A model generated the notes under the pieces. The model had not been told where the DNA came from. It was given only the letters and a program-made list of their open reading frames with translations, and ran no database searches. A stretch of 64,000 bases of DNA from positions 220,524-284,523 of the forward strand of contig CAWBQK010000007.1 of the NCBI GenBank assembly GCA_963791045.1, read 5' to 3'. Positions 42,381-52,996 of this stretch are shown here, one piece after another (position 1 is the stretch's first letter; each line of letters begins with the position of its first letter). Origin of the DNA: Candidatus Latescibacterota bacterium (lineage in GTDB: Bacteria; Krumholzibacteriota; Krumholzibacteriia; WVZY01). The translations under genes were made by a program, and so were the position numbers.

Positions 42381-45300
42381 ATGAAAAGAAGAGAGTTTTT
42401 GGGTATTACTCTTCCGGCAACTGGTGCGATCATACTGACACCGGGCTGCCTTAATGAGCAGATCAAGAAAGAGATCGGCCGCCAGTTTTCCGGTCAAAAG
42501 GATTTCGACGCGTATGATATGGTGATTAATGGTGCCGGCCTTTCAGGATATTTTGCTGCCATATATGCAGCTCAGCAGGGGAAACGGGTGCTGGTGGTGG
42601 ATAAAAGGACCAGTCCAGGATATGAGATTACGGCAAAGCGAAAACTTTGGTTAAACAGCGATGGTTTGGACCGGTTTACGCCCGAACTAAAGCAGCTCTT
42701 TTTCCCGGAGAATGAAAAGGTGGAAATACATAATGACAGTGGATCTGGACCGAATGGAAGCCAGTTCGGTGACGAATTGCTCCTCTTTGCCGGCAGCATC
42801 AGAAAGGGGATGTTGCGCAATCTGCTGGTTCATAAGGTGCATGTCCTGTTAATGACAGAGGTATGTGGAATTCTTTCCGATAATGAAAATGTGCTGGGTG
42901 TTTTATTAGCTGGCAAGCACGGTTTACAGATAGTTAAAAGCCGGAGCTTTGTGGACGCTTCCGACAATGTGTTGTTCAGCCGGGAATTATCTGGCAATCC
43001 ATATCAGGTAGAAAAGGCAGGATTTATTCTGGAAGTTCAAGGAGTAAAAAATCCGCAAAAGAAGGAGGTTAATGTTTCCGAAGAAATTGGTTTAAAAGGT
43101 AATAAAATTCAGTTACACCAGGGTAAACATGATAAGGATCAGCTTTTTATAGAATTTGATTTTCTCAATACCTCACAGAAGTTGGATGAAATTGAACATC
43201 AATCCAGGATGTTATCCGCCAATCTGGGTAAAAACTTTAATCTTCTGGATGAATCATTAAAGGAAGCAAAAATTGCACAATTTGCCCTGGAATGTTCTGT
43301 TTATCTTAAAAACAACGAACTTCCTGATCCATTCTTAAAAGAATATTACCTGTTTCCCAATCTTTATACTTCTTTAAGTTGTGATAAAATTCTTGAAATT
43401 GAAGCCAGTGCAGAAAAGCTGGTTAATAATATTCAAGTGGGGGAAAAAGAAACACAACCTGTAGTGGTATTTACCCCAGGAGCAAACATTCCGTTTGATG
43501 AAATTTCACTTACAGAGATTAATGAACCAGGTCTTGCCATACCTATGAAAAATTGCACTTTCGATTTTAAAACCTGGGCAAACAAAAAAGAACAGTGCCA
43601 GGTATTGGTTGCTGGTGGAGGTACTGCCGGAGCTATGGCAGGAATGGCTGCTGCTGAAAAAGGTAACGATACCATTGTAGTAGATTATTTTAATGATATG
43701 GGGGGAACCAGAACCATGGGGGGGGTGATGGGTTATTACCATGGCGTAAAAGAACTTAATTATTTCAAAAAACATAATGAAGATGTGGATCAGGTGGCTT
43801 TTGACGCCAGCATGACAAAAAAGAATGGCCGAAAATTATATCATTTAATTAGTCTGTTGAATTCGGGAGGCAGATTCCATTCTGGGGCCATTATGTGTGG
43901 TACCCTGGCGGATAATAGAAAAGTAGAAGGCATTCTGATTTGCCGTAACGGAAAATTAGAATTGGTGCAAAGTACAATTACCATAGATGCAACAGGAGAT
44001 GGTGATCTGGCTGTTTTTGCCGGAGCCACATTCAGCCACGGGAATTCCCGAACCGGGAAAACTCAAAATTATAGCCAACGCGACATCGGAGGAGGAGCTG
44101 AAAAATTACCATCATCAACCTCAAGGGATTATGACATCATTGACAACACAAAAATATCAGAATTTCAAAGAGGGTTGTTTTTATCCCATTATGAGGCACA
44201 TTTTTATGATTTTTATCCTATGTTGACCGTCAGGGAATCAAGGCGTATAAAAGGCTTATACGAATTGGATCTAATAGATGCGGTGGAAGGCACTCATTTT
44301 AAAGATTTAATTGCTCGGGCAAGCAGTGATTTTGATCCTCATTATGTGGGAAGTTCCGAATATTCAAGATGCGGGTTCCTTTTACCCCATTCCAATGTAT
44401 TAACCTTGGAAATACCCTACCGTTCAATAGTTCCCAAGGGTCTGGACGGTTTGCTAATATCCGGCAAGGCAATAAGTCAATCTCATAATGCATTACAATT
44501 TACTCGTATGAATGCCGATATAATAGTCCTCGGATATTTAACCGGTCAGATTGCAGCTGACATTGCCAGCAGGAATATCCAACCTAAGGATTATGATATT
44601 TCAGACCTTCAGAAAGAATGGACTGCACTTGGTTTTTTACCGACCGATTATGCAACAAAAAAATCAGGCAACCTTATCAACAATTCGCATGAAATCATCA
44701 GAAGAGTTAAGCAACTGGCAAAGGGTGCACCGGAATATTTATATGAATGTGTCAGGTTGCCCAAAGAAAATGTACTTCCGATTCTGTTCGAATACTATAA
44801 TTCCACAGAGAATCATGATAACAAATTATTAATAGCCAAAGCATTGGCCTGGTTTGGACAGAAAGAAGGGAATGACTTGATCGAACAGGAATTAAAGGAT
44901 ATGTTTGATCAGGAATTAAAGCAGGGGTACCCGGGGGGATACGTCGATACCTATGATGATATAAGAGGAAGGGAGAAGAATTTGTTACTGGGTCTTTTCT
45001 GGAGGATCAATCAGAACATCGCATTGCTTGGTATGACAGGCAACAATCCGGCAGGAAAAACCATACAGAATATTCTGGAAAATACTACATCAGGAGGGGG
45101 AATGGTGGAAAGGGAAAATGAGTACTTCAATGGCAGGATTGATTTAAAAATCATTCCTTTTCATAACCGTATCCTGAACTTGTGCTTTTATGCCGAAAGG
45201 AATCCGGATACAGCATTTATCCCGGGCTTTGAAAAACTTCTCCAGGATGAGTACATCGGAGGTTTTATAACTGAAGAGTATCATTTGACCAGGTGGAGGA

Positions 45301-45557
45301 TGTATGGAGGTGATCTTGAATTGTTTATAGGAGCGGCTCTGGCAAGATGCGGTTCAAAAACTGGGTATGATCTGTTGATAACTTATCTAAATGATATTCA
45401 TTTTAATTTTAAAGATCTATCCCGTTCAGAGCTAATTGCCCTGACAGGCAAGGATCTTGGTTACAATATCGAAAGCCTGGAAAAAGACTATAGACGACAT
45501 GTCTTATCCACGCCCCCCAAGGAAACTGGTGAAAAAGATAGAAGTATAATGAAATAG
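42381..45557 (+). CDS. Large Tat-lipoprotein FAD-dependent oxidoreductase with two FAD-binding modules
   Basis: MKRREFLG...PG|C; GAGLSG and GGGTAG Rossmann motifs; IDATGDGD, RESRRI.G, IPYRS..P...DGLL..GK. Confidence 0.85.
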   Translation: MKRREFLGITLPATGAIILTPGCLNEQIKKEIGRQFSGQKDFDAYDMVINGAGLSGYFAAIYAAQQGKRVLVVDKRTSPGYEITAKRKLWLNSDGLDRFTPELKQLFFPENEKVEIHNDSGSGPNGSQFGDELLLFAGSIRKGMLRNLLVHKVHVLLMTEVCGILSDNENVLGVLLAGKHGLQIVKSRSFVDASDNVLFSRELSGNPYQVEKAGFILEVQGVKNPQKKEVNVSEEIGLKGNKIQLHQGKHDKDQLFIEFDFLNTSQKLDEIEHQSRMLSANLGKNFNLLDESLKEAKIAQFALECSVYLKNNELPDPFLKEYYLFPNLYTSLSCDKILEIEASAEKLVNNIQVGEKETQPVVVFTPGANIPFDEISLTEINEPGLAIPMKNCTFDFKTWANKKEQCQVLVAGGGTAGAMAGMAAAEKGNDTIVVDYFNDMGGTRTMGGVMGYYHGVKELNYFKKHNEDVDQVAFDASMTKKNGRKLYHLISLLNSGGRFHSGAIMCGTLADNRKVEGILICRNGKLELVQSTITIDATGDGDLAVFAGATFSHGNSRTGKTQNYSQRDIGGGAEKLPSSTSRDYDIIDNTKISEFQRGLFLSHYEAHFYDFYPMLTVRESRRIKGLYELDLIDAVEGTHFKDLIARASSDFDPHYVGSSEYSRCGFLLPHSNVLTLEIPYRSIVPKGLDGLLISGKAISQSHNALQFTRMNADIIVLGYLTGQIAADIASRNIQPKDYDISDLQKEWTALGFLPTDYATKKSGNLINNSHEIIRRVKQLAKGAPEYLYECVRLPKENVLPILFEYYNSTENHDNKLLIAKALAWFGQKEGNDLIEQELKDMFDQELKQGYPGGYVDTYDDIRGREKNLLLGLFWRINQNIALLGMTGNNPAGKTIQNILENTTSGGGMVERENEYFNGRIDLKIIPFHNRILNLCFYAERNPDTAFIPGFEKLLQDEYIGGFITEEYHLTRWRMYGGDLELFIGAALARCGSKTGYDLLITYLNDIHFNFKDLSRSELIALTGKDLGYNIESLEKDYRRHVLSTPPKETGEKDRSIMK

Positions 45558-45899
45558 GGGCCTCGCATACATTTTCTTGCAGTGGATATTAAATTATCAC
45601 TATGATTCGCGATATCAAACCTTTTTATACCCTTATCAATCTGCAAGATCTATGACATAAACTGGAGGATGGTCTTATTCCAGGAACTTATGGATCAGAA
45701 GAGTGGGAAACATTTTGAGGACTTTGTTTTTCAACTGAGTATACTTGAATATACCAGCTATTTTTCTCAGGGGTCTGGAAAAATGGCCTGATCATATTCG
45801 GATTTAACGAAGATGATCGTTGGGGGTATTCAGGGTGAGACATTGAAGCTTGTGATAAGCAAAAATGATGAAACAAATTCAAACTGAATAGTAGGAAAC

Positions 45900-47177
45900 A
45901 TGGAAAGAAGAAATTTTGTTAAAGGATCAGCCTATGCAATGGCCGCTGCCTGCACGGGACTTTATATGAATGGTCTGAATGCAATACCATTTACGGAACG
46001 AAGACGCAGACCAAGCATTCTGCTTCGTTCTTCGTGGCAAACAGTGAATATTGGGGATATTGCACACACCCCTGGTGTCCTGGCACTCCTGGAAAAGTAT
46101 CTGCCAGATGCAGAAGTTAGGTTATGGGCAAATAAAGTTGATCGGGGAGTGAAAGAGATGCTGGATAAGAGGTTCCCGGAACTGGAGATCTTTCTTCATT
46201 CAGATATTGAAAAAATAAACACAGCATTTAAGGAATGTGACTTCCTTTTGCATGGTTCCGGGCCTTCTCTGGTTGCTTCCAATGACGTGGAACGCTGGAT
46301 CAAAGAAACCGGCAAGCCATTTGGGGTCTACGGAATCACCCTGACAAGGGAATCGGCCTCCGAAAGGGTTGTTAACCTGTTAAATCAATCAGCTTTTGTC
46401 TTTTTCAGAGATACTGTATCGTTAGAAAATGCAAAGCATCAGGGAGTCAAGGCTCCGATCATGGAATTCGGCCCTGATGGAGCATTTGCAGTTGACCTGC
46501 GCAATGATGAACCCGCCGAAAGTTTTCTTGCTGCGAATGGGCTCGTGGAAGGAAAATTCTTGTGCGTAATCCCCAAATACAGGAGGACACCTTACTGGAC
46601 CATTCCAAGTAAGAACAGGGAGTTCAACGAAGAGGTTCACAAACGGAATCAGCTCATGAAGGACCACGATACCAGGCCATACAGAGAAGCGATTATTGCA
46701 GTAGCAAGGCAATCTCCGATGAAAGTGCTGATCTGCCATGAGGACCTTACCCAGATTGCCCTTGGTAAAGAGATGCTTTATGATCCTTTACCCGATGATG
46801 TAAAGAGGAAGGTTGTCTGGCGGGACCAATTCTGGATTACCGATGAAGCGTTAAGCACCTATGTGCGCTCCGCCGGCTTGTTCGGACTGGAACAGCATTC
46901 TCCCATTATGTGCATCGGGAACGGGGTGCCTGCTTTTGTAGGTAGATTTATGGAGCAGACGGTAAAAGGATTTATGTGGAAGGATATCGGACTTGCAAAC
47001 TGGCTGTTCGACAGCGATTCGATATTTGATATGGAAAGGCTGGTCCCCCAGGTTCTTTGGCTTGCAAACAATCCTGAAGAAGCTAGAAAGAAAGCCTTGG
47101 AAGCAAAGGAAATTGTGGAGTATTATCAGGCCAGGACCATGAAGGTATTGAAAGAGACGCTGGAAAAACTGGTATAA
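45900..47177 (+). CDS. Polysaccharide pyruvyl transferase family protein with Tat signal
   Basis: MERRNFVK; NIGD, LHGSG, FRD..S, PDGAF and HS motifs. Confidence 0.75.
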   Translation: MERRNFVKGSAYAMAAACTGLYMNGLNAIPFTERRRRPSILLRSSWQTVNIGDIAHTPGVLALLEKYLPDAEVRLWANKVDRGVKEMLDKRFPELEIFLHSDIEKINTAFKECDFLLHGSGPSLVASNDVERWIKETGKPFGVYGITLTRESASERVVNLLNQSAFVFFRDTVSLENAKHQGVKAPIMEFGPDGAFAVDLRNDEPAESFLAANGLVEGKFLCVIPKYRRTPYWTIPSKNREFNEEVHKRNQLMKDHDTRPYREAIIAVARQSPMKVLICHEDLTQIALGKEMLYDPLPDDVKRKVVWRDQFWITDEALSTYVRSAGLFGLEQHSPIMCIGNGVPAFVGRFMEQTVKGFMWKDIGLANWLFDSDSIFDMERLVPQVLWLANNPEEARKKALEAKEIVEYYQARTMKVLKETLEKLV

Positions 47178-47208
47178 AACCACATTTAAATTAAACAATT
47201 ACGCAATC

Positions 47209-48549
47209 ATGAGAAAGCCATTTTCTTTTTGTCTGTATACTTTAATCTTCCTGCTACCCTCTGAACCGGCTTTAAATCAGGCAGTTCTTTCCCCTCCAGA
47301 AAAAATGAGCGCTTCTTTCATCAAACCGGGAAAGCCCCTCGTTCCCATAAGAAAAATCGCTACAGGCGGGGTGATTCATCGGTTCCATGATACCTCCCCG
47401 ATCAGTCCCTCGGGCAAATATATTGCATTGTTCCGGGTTCCATTTGAAAACCGTTTTCCACAACCAGGGGATGCAGGCGAAGTCATTCTTGTCGATTTGG
47501 AATCAGGGGAAGAACGCAAAGTTGCAGAATCTTGCGGGTGGGAAATGCAAGTAGGCGCAAATGTACAATGGGGAGCGGACGATCATGAACTCTTTTTTAA
47601 TGATGTGGATACTACAATATGGCAAGCTTTCAGCTGGAAAATAGATCCCTTCACAGGAGAGAAGCAGAGGATGGAAGGCAATGTTTTTATGGCATCCCTT
47701 GATGGCAGAAAACTTGTATGCCATAACCTGGTGAATTCTGTGCATGCCCAATCAGGTTATGGCGTCATACTACCTGACAGCCTTACAACCTATAATATAG
47801 GACCTGTCGATACAGACGGACTGTTTGTGACCGATGTTAAGACGGGCAGATGCAAAAGGATAATCACAATAAAAGAGATCTATGTTCGATCTGTTCCTAG
47901 CCTGGTTATTGCCAATCCATTTGAACACTCCTACTATTGTTTTAAGGCGATGTGGAATCCCCCAAAGACACGCATTATGACCTGTTTGATATGGAGACCA
48001 TTAAAAGGAGGGCCACGGAGGGTTGCTGTGGTCACCATGCGACCTGACGGGTCAGATATAAGAACTGCTGTTACGGCGGAACAATATGCTAGGGGCGGGC
48101 ATCATATGGCCTGGATGCCGGACGGACAACATATCTCAATGAACCTGGAAAATGATGGAAAGCCGGGACTGGAGCTCATTTCAGTCAAGTATGACGGTAG
48201 TGAGTTAACAACTGTTTTCCCCGTAGGCTCCGGTCATCCCTCGTATCATCCCGGGGGACTGCCCTATGTGATCACCGATGCCTACCTTCACGAACCAGTT
48301 ACAAACCAGGATGGTTTTGTGCCGGTTCGCCTTTTAAACCTGGAGACCGGCACAGAAAAATTGATAGCATATGTCTATGTCCCGGATGTTGAGGACAGTT
48401 CCTTCCGTGTGGATCCCCATCCTGCCTGGGACCGTTCCGGGCGATATGTTGTTTTTAATGGATTTGAAGATGGTACCAGATGTGTGTATGTTGCCGATAT
48501 GAAACAAATAATTGAAGAAGACTCAGGAAGTATCTCAACGGACAAATAA
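47209..48549 (+). CDS. Exported beta-propeller protein (TolB / oligogalacturonate-lyase-like)
   Basis: SPISPSGKY, GW..Q.GA..QW, GGHH..W.PDG, GHPS, DPHPAWD. Confidence 0.6.
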   Translation: MRKPFSFCLYTLIFLLPSEPALNQAVLSPPEKMSASFIKPGKPLVPIRKIATGGVIHRFHDTSPISPSGKYIALFRVPFENRFPQPGDAGEVILVDLESGEERKVAESCGWEMQVGANVQWGADDHELFFNDVDTTIWQAFSWKIDPFTGEKQRMEGNVFMASLDGRKLVCHNLVNSVHAQSGYGVILPDSLTTYNIGPVDTDGLFVTDVKTGRCKRIITIKEIYVRSVPSLVIANPFEHSYYCFKAMWNPPKTRIMTCLIWRPLKGGPRRVAVVTMRPDGSDIRTAVTAEQYARGGHHMAWMPDGQHISMNLENDGKPGLELISVKYDGSELTTVFPVGSGHPSYHPGGLPYVITDAYLHEPVTNQDGFVPVRLLNLETGTEKLIAYVYVPDVEDSSFRVDPHPAWDRSGRYVVFNGFEDGTRCVYVADMKQIIEEDSGSISTDK

Positions 48550-48681
48550 ATGAGCAAAAAACAGGCGTAAATTCATCAAAGATTTTAGGATCGTTACCTG
48601 GTCGCTCTTTAAACCTTTCAATACCGGAATTTGAACCGGCTCAATATAACGATCTTGGATTTTACGATGTAATAATATGTT

Positions 48682-49761
48682 ATGAAAATTAAAATCTTAA
48701 TCCTGTTGACCACCTTCTTCTGCAGCTTTATTTTAACAGGTAAAGCATCAACCAAAAGCCACTATGTTGACAGCGAACCTGACCATTTCGGTGAGCATAA
48801 TTTCACCGAAAATCACACCGATTCAACTGATATCATTAAACTCAGGGAAGAATTCCTGGATTGGGAATTCGGTATGTTTATTCACTTTAACATGGCCACT
48901 TTTAATGAGCGTGAATGGGCGAATGGTTATGAAGATCCGGCCTCTTTCTCTCCGGACAGACTCGATTGCGATCAATGGGCTGAAGTTGCCAGTGCAGCAA
49001 GCATGAAATATGCAGTTCTGACGGTCAAGCACACCGGAGGTTGGTGTTTGTGGGATAGCAAATATACCACATCTCACGATATCACGGCATTTAATAATTA
49101 TAAGAATGGTAAGGGGGATATTGTCAGAGAATATATAGATGCTTTTCGGAAACGCGGAATAAAAATTGGCCTGTATTATTGTTTCCCGGGAAATTTCAGC
49201 GGTAGAAATGGCAATGTTTTACCTGAAGGAAAAACTGACCTGCACGGTCTTCCTCCCGAAGCACAGGGCGATTATGCAGGGTTTATTAAAAATCAGTTAA
49301 CAGAATTATTGACAGATTACGGTGACATTGATTTAATATGGATAGACCAGTATCGAAATCAGTATACCTACCATGCCTGGCAGGAAATCCGCAGTCATAT
49401 CAAGTCACATCAACCCAATTGCCTTGTATTGGGTAATAATTCCGACAACTATGAGGAAAGCGATATTTTGTCATATGAGTATCCCTGGTTGACGATAAGC
49501 AAGCCAGAAAAGGCATTGCCTCCTGCAGATAACTCAGCGCCTTCGGAAGTGTGTGATAAAATCGGACCAGGATGGTTTTGGAAAACGTTTGAGAATGCTG
49601 CAAATTTAAAATCGGCAGAAGAGATTATTCACATGTTGACTTTGTCAAACGACAGAAGCGCAAACTACCTGCTGAATGTTGCACCGGATAATACGGGATT
49701 AATTCCGGAACACTCATATCAGAGGTTGAGGGAATTTCGAATATTGATGAACAAAAAATGA
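48682..49761 (+). CDS. Glycoside hydrolase family 29 (alpha-L-fucosidase-like)
   Basis: FGMFIHF, QWA, YAVLTVKH..G.CLWDS, QLTELLTDYG, WID nucleophile region, NYLLNVAP. Confidence 0.85.
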   Translation: MKIKILILLTTFFCSFILTGKASTKSHYVDSEPDHFGEHNFTENHTDSTDIIKLREEFLDWEFGMFIHFNMATFNEREWANGYEDPASFSPDRLDCDQWAEVASAASMKYAVLTVKHTGGWCLWDSKYTTSHDITAFNNYKNGKGDIVREYIDAFRKRGIKIGLYYCFPGNFSGRNGNVLPEGKTDLHGLPPEAQGDYAGFIKNQLTELLTDYGDIDLIWIDQYRNQYTYHAWQEIRSHIKSHQPNCLVLGNNSDNYEESDILSYEYPWLTISKPEKALPPADNSAPSEVCDKIGPGWFWKTFENAANLKSAEEIIHMLTLSNDRSANYLLNVAPDNTGLIPEHSYQRLREFRILMNKK

Positions 49762-49966
49762 AAAACACCCAATTACTATAAGCATCCAGCACAATATTAT
49801 TATGGAATTATTCTGCCGGATAAGGTAGGGAGATTCGCAATTATCAACAACTTGTAAAAACTATTGATAGTCAAAAAGATAAGGTTCCTTTTCTTTTGTC
49901 GAGTAGATTCGGAGTAAAATTTCCCGATCTACTCGACTAAATTACCATTAACAAATCTTAAATAAC

Positions 49967-51035
49967 ATGACGAATCGAAGAAACTTTCTCAGACAATTAT
50001 CGACCGCAGGATTATTGAGCAGTATCCCTGGTTTTCTGCTATCTCAAAATGACCATAAATCTGAACAGAAAAAATCTTCTGATGGGTTGATATGGGCGAT
50101 CCTTCTGCATTTGAGTTATAACATGTGGGAAGACCATATTCCTGAAGAATTTCTTGATGAAAATTTTGAGATCACCACATGTGATGATGCCAGACAATGG
50201 GCCCACGGATACAGACCCAATCTTACTTTCGAAGATAATCTTTGGAATGATTTATTGAAAGAGATAGCCAAAGTGGGTATGAATATGGTACTGATAGATG
50301 TAGGGGATGGTGTCAAATATGAAAGTCACCCGGAAATTGCAGTGAATAATGCCTGGTCCAAGACAAAATTACGCAATGAATTGGACAAAATGAGAAAAAT
50401 GGGGTTGGAACCGATTCCAAAACTGAATTTTGCAACAACCCATGACATATGGTTAGGTAGCTATGCCCGAATGGTTTCGACGGATAAATATTATGCTGTT
50501 TGCAAAGACCTTATTGCGGAAGTAATAGAACTATTTGATAAGCCAAGGTTCTTCCATTTAGGGATGGATGAGGAGACGGCAATACACCAGAAAAGGCAGA
50601 ATTATGTGGTCATAAGGCAAAAGGATTTATGGTGGGACGATCTTTATTTCTACATAGGTGAGGTCGAAAAAAACGGTTCACGTTCCTGGATCTGGTCCGA
50701 TTATGCGTGGCACCATCCTGAAGAATTCTTTAATAAAATGCCTAAATCGGTGCTTCAAAGCAATTGGTACTATGGAACAAAATTTGGACCGGATGTCGAA
50801 AGGGCTAAATATTATAGCAAACTTGACAAATACGGTTATGATCAGATTCCTACCGGAAGTAATCATTCAAATCCCGACAACTTTGGTCTCACGGTCAATC
50901 ATTGTAAAGCCAATATTGACTCCCAATCGGCTTTTAGGTTTTATGACAGCCCCCTGGAGACCTACTTTAGCCCCATGTTTTAGAAGGCACCTGGAAGCCA
51001 TTGATCAGGTTGCAATAGCCATGGAAAATTATTAA
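49967..51035 (+). CDS. Tat-exported GH20-like TIM-barrel protein (frameshift near 50925)
   Basis: MTNRRNFLR; IPKLNF..THD.W; FHLGMDEE resembles the GH20 HxGxDE catalytic motif; W.W.D. Confidence 0.6.
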
Positions 51036-51064
51036 AAGGATCGACCATTTTAATTAAACAAAAT

Positions 51065-52648
51065 ATGAAAGTAATGAGTAAGTTTGATTTGGCACAGTCG
51101 AATAATCACTGTCATGTATGCCATCTAGAGGTTGCTAGATATGGTCGATCATCATTCGCCTTTTCGCCTGCTTCATCTTCATTTTTGTTTTCCCTATTCT
51201 CCCACAGCACGTCTATTTGTTCTATTGTGCTATTATTGGTACTAATGACAGTATCCGCCGGATGTCAGAAGAGAACTGAAACCACTCCACTGGAAGTCGG
51301 AGTAGCAATGGTCGAAATCACTCCACCAGTCGGTTATCCTATGTACAGGGGTGAAAGCACAGGGATCACAATCCCGCTTTACGCAAAAGCCGTAGTGTTC
51401 AAACAGGGAGATGACCGGGGTGCACTTCTTATGTGCGATCTTCTCACCATCCCAAGGGATCTTGGCCAGCTGGTCCGTGAACAAGCCTCTACAAAGACTG
51501 GGATTAAATACAATCACATAAGTGTTGCTGCTACACATACTCACACAGGTCCCGATTTCAGGGAGGCTATCATTGATTTTGTGGAAAAAGAGCTGAACGG
51601 AAAGTTGACAAAAGAAGATCATGAAGGCTATATGATGAATCTGATACAGGGGATGACCCGGGCTATTGTTATTGCGAATGAACAGGTGCAGGAAGTTGAA
51701 ATGACAGCAGGTATTGGCTCTGCTTCAGATATATCATTTAATCGGCGTTTTCTCATGACCCATGGTCGTGTACGTACTAACCCGGGGTGCCTAAATCCTG
51801 ATATTCTATATCCGGTGGGTCCAGTTGATCCAGACGTTCACTCCATTATGTTTCGTCCTGTTAATCAGGACACTGTATTAACCTTCCTGACTGTTTTCGC
51901 GAACCATACTGACACTCAGGGAGGTACGGATTTCAGTGCAGATTATCCATACTACCTGCAGAAGCACTTACGTGAAATTTTCGGCAAGGAGACCATCTCT
52001 GTTTTTGGAAATGGACCTTGTGGAAATATAAACCACATAGACGTAAGTCGTCCATACGAAGATACGAGGAAAGGGATGATTACCGAAAAAATTGGCAAGG
52101 AGTTGGCTGAAACAGTCAGTAATCTGCATCCTATTAGGGATCAACAAACGCCAGACCTCAAGGTCGCCTCTAGGACAATATACCTTCCTTTACAGAGCTT
52201 CACCGAAACCGAGTATGAGTGGGCCCTGGATGATGATGCCAGTTCAATTTATAACGAGCGGCCCTTTCTGGGAAGAGTGCGCCGGGGCAAAATCTTTTCC
52301 ATTGAACGAATTCGCTGGCGCGAAGCGATTCCGCCTGTTGTCTCCGGGGATCCATGGTGCTTGCCTTTGGAAATTCATGTATTTAGACTCAATGGCCAAA
52401 CAGCAATTGTTACACTACCCGGTGAGATTTTTGTCGAACTGGGAATGGATCTTAAAAACCGATCGCCCTTTAACAACACTTTGATTATTGAGCTGGCCAA
52501 TGCGGATATCAGCTATGTCCCTACACGGCAAGCTTTTACTGAAGGCGACTACGAACCTCTAAACTCCCGGCTTGCTCCCGGATCTGGCGAAACAATGATT
52601 GAGGAAACTTTACAAATTCTGAATGATATTTCCGCAGATAATAAATAA
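51065..52648 (+). CDS. Neutral/alkaline ceramidase-like amidohydrolase lipoprotein
   Basis: EITPP, ATHTHTGP, FNRR, FANH, SADYP, LPGEIF, YVPT; SAG|C lipobox, so the real start may be later. Confidence 0.75.
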   Translation: MKVMSKFDLAQSNNHCHVCHLEVARYGRSSFAFSPASSSFLFSLFSHSTSICSIVLLLVLMTVSAGCQKRTETTPLEVGVAMVEITPPVGYPMYRGESTGITIPLYAKAVVFKQGDDRGALLMCDLLTIPRDLGQLVREQASTKTGIKYNHISVAATHTHTGPDFREAIIDFVEKELNGKLTKEDHEGYMMNLIQGMTRAIVIANEQVQEVEMTAGIGSASDISFNRRFLMTHGRVRTNPGCLNPDILYPVGPVDPDVHSIMFRPVNQDTVLTFLTVFANHTDTQGGTDFSADYPYYLQKHLREIFGKETISVFGNGPCGNINHIDVSRPYEDTRKGMITEKIGKELAETVSNLHPIRDQQTPDLKVASRTIYLPLQSFTETEYEWALDDDASSIYNERPFLGRVRRGKIFSIERIRWREAIPPVVSGDPWCLPLEIHVFRLNGQTAIVTLPGEIFVELGMDLKNRSPFNNTLIIELANADISYVPTRQAFTEGDYEPLNSRLAPGSGETMIEETLQILNDISADNK

Positions 52649-52996
52649 AAGCATCGGGTTTTTAAAATAATCCATGATTGAGCTTTATGGTGTTTAAAGA
52701 TCTAATTACTTAGGAGTTAGTTCGCCGCCGCTAGAGGCGAAAACTGGATCTTTAATATATTAGCGGAAGCGAGTGCATTCATAAGTTGACCCCTCCCTTA
52801 AAATTGGTCAGTCTGGAAAAAGGTCTACAAAATGTGTTGGTCTTCAACAAGAGATCACTTCTGGAAGAAAAGGTAATGACTTCTGTAATTATTGATCTTA
52901 TTGTTCTCCTTTAAAGTCAGCATATATGAACATGCAAAATAAATAAATGTTCTTGCGTTGCTTCATTTTCTTTACCAAATGTAATTTCAGCACTGA

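Noticed and set aside
45560..45899. Possible gene remnant between the oxidoreductase and the pyruvyltransferase-like gene
   Set aside because: Only short broken frames; no family could be recognised.
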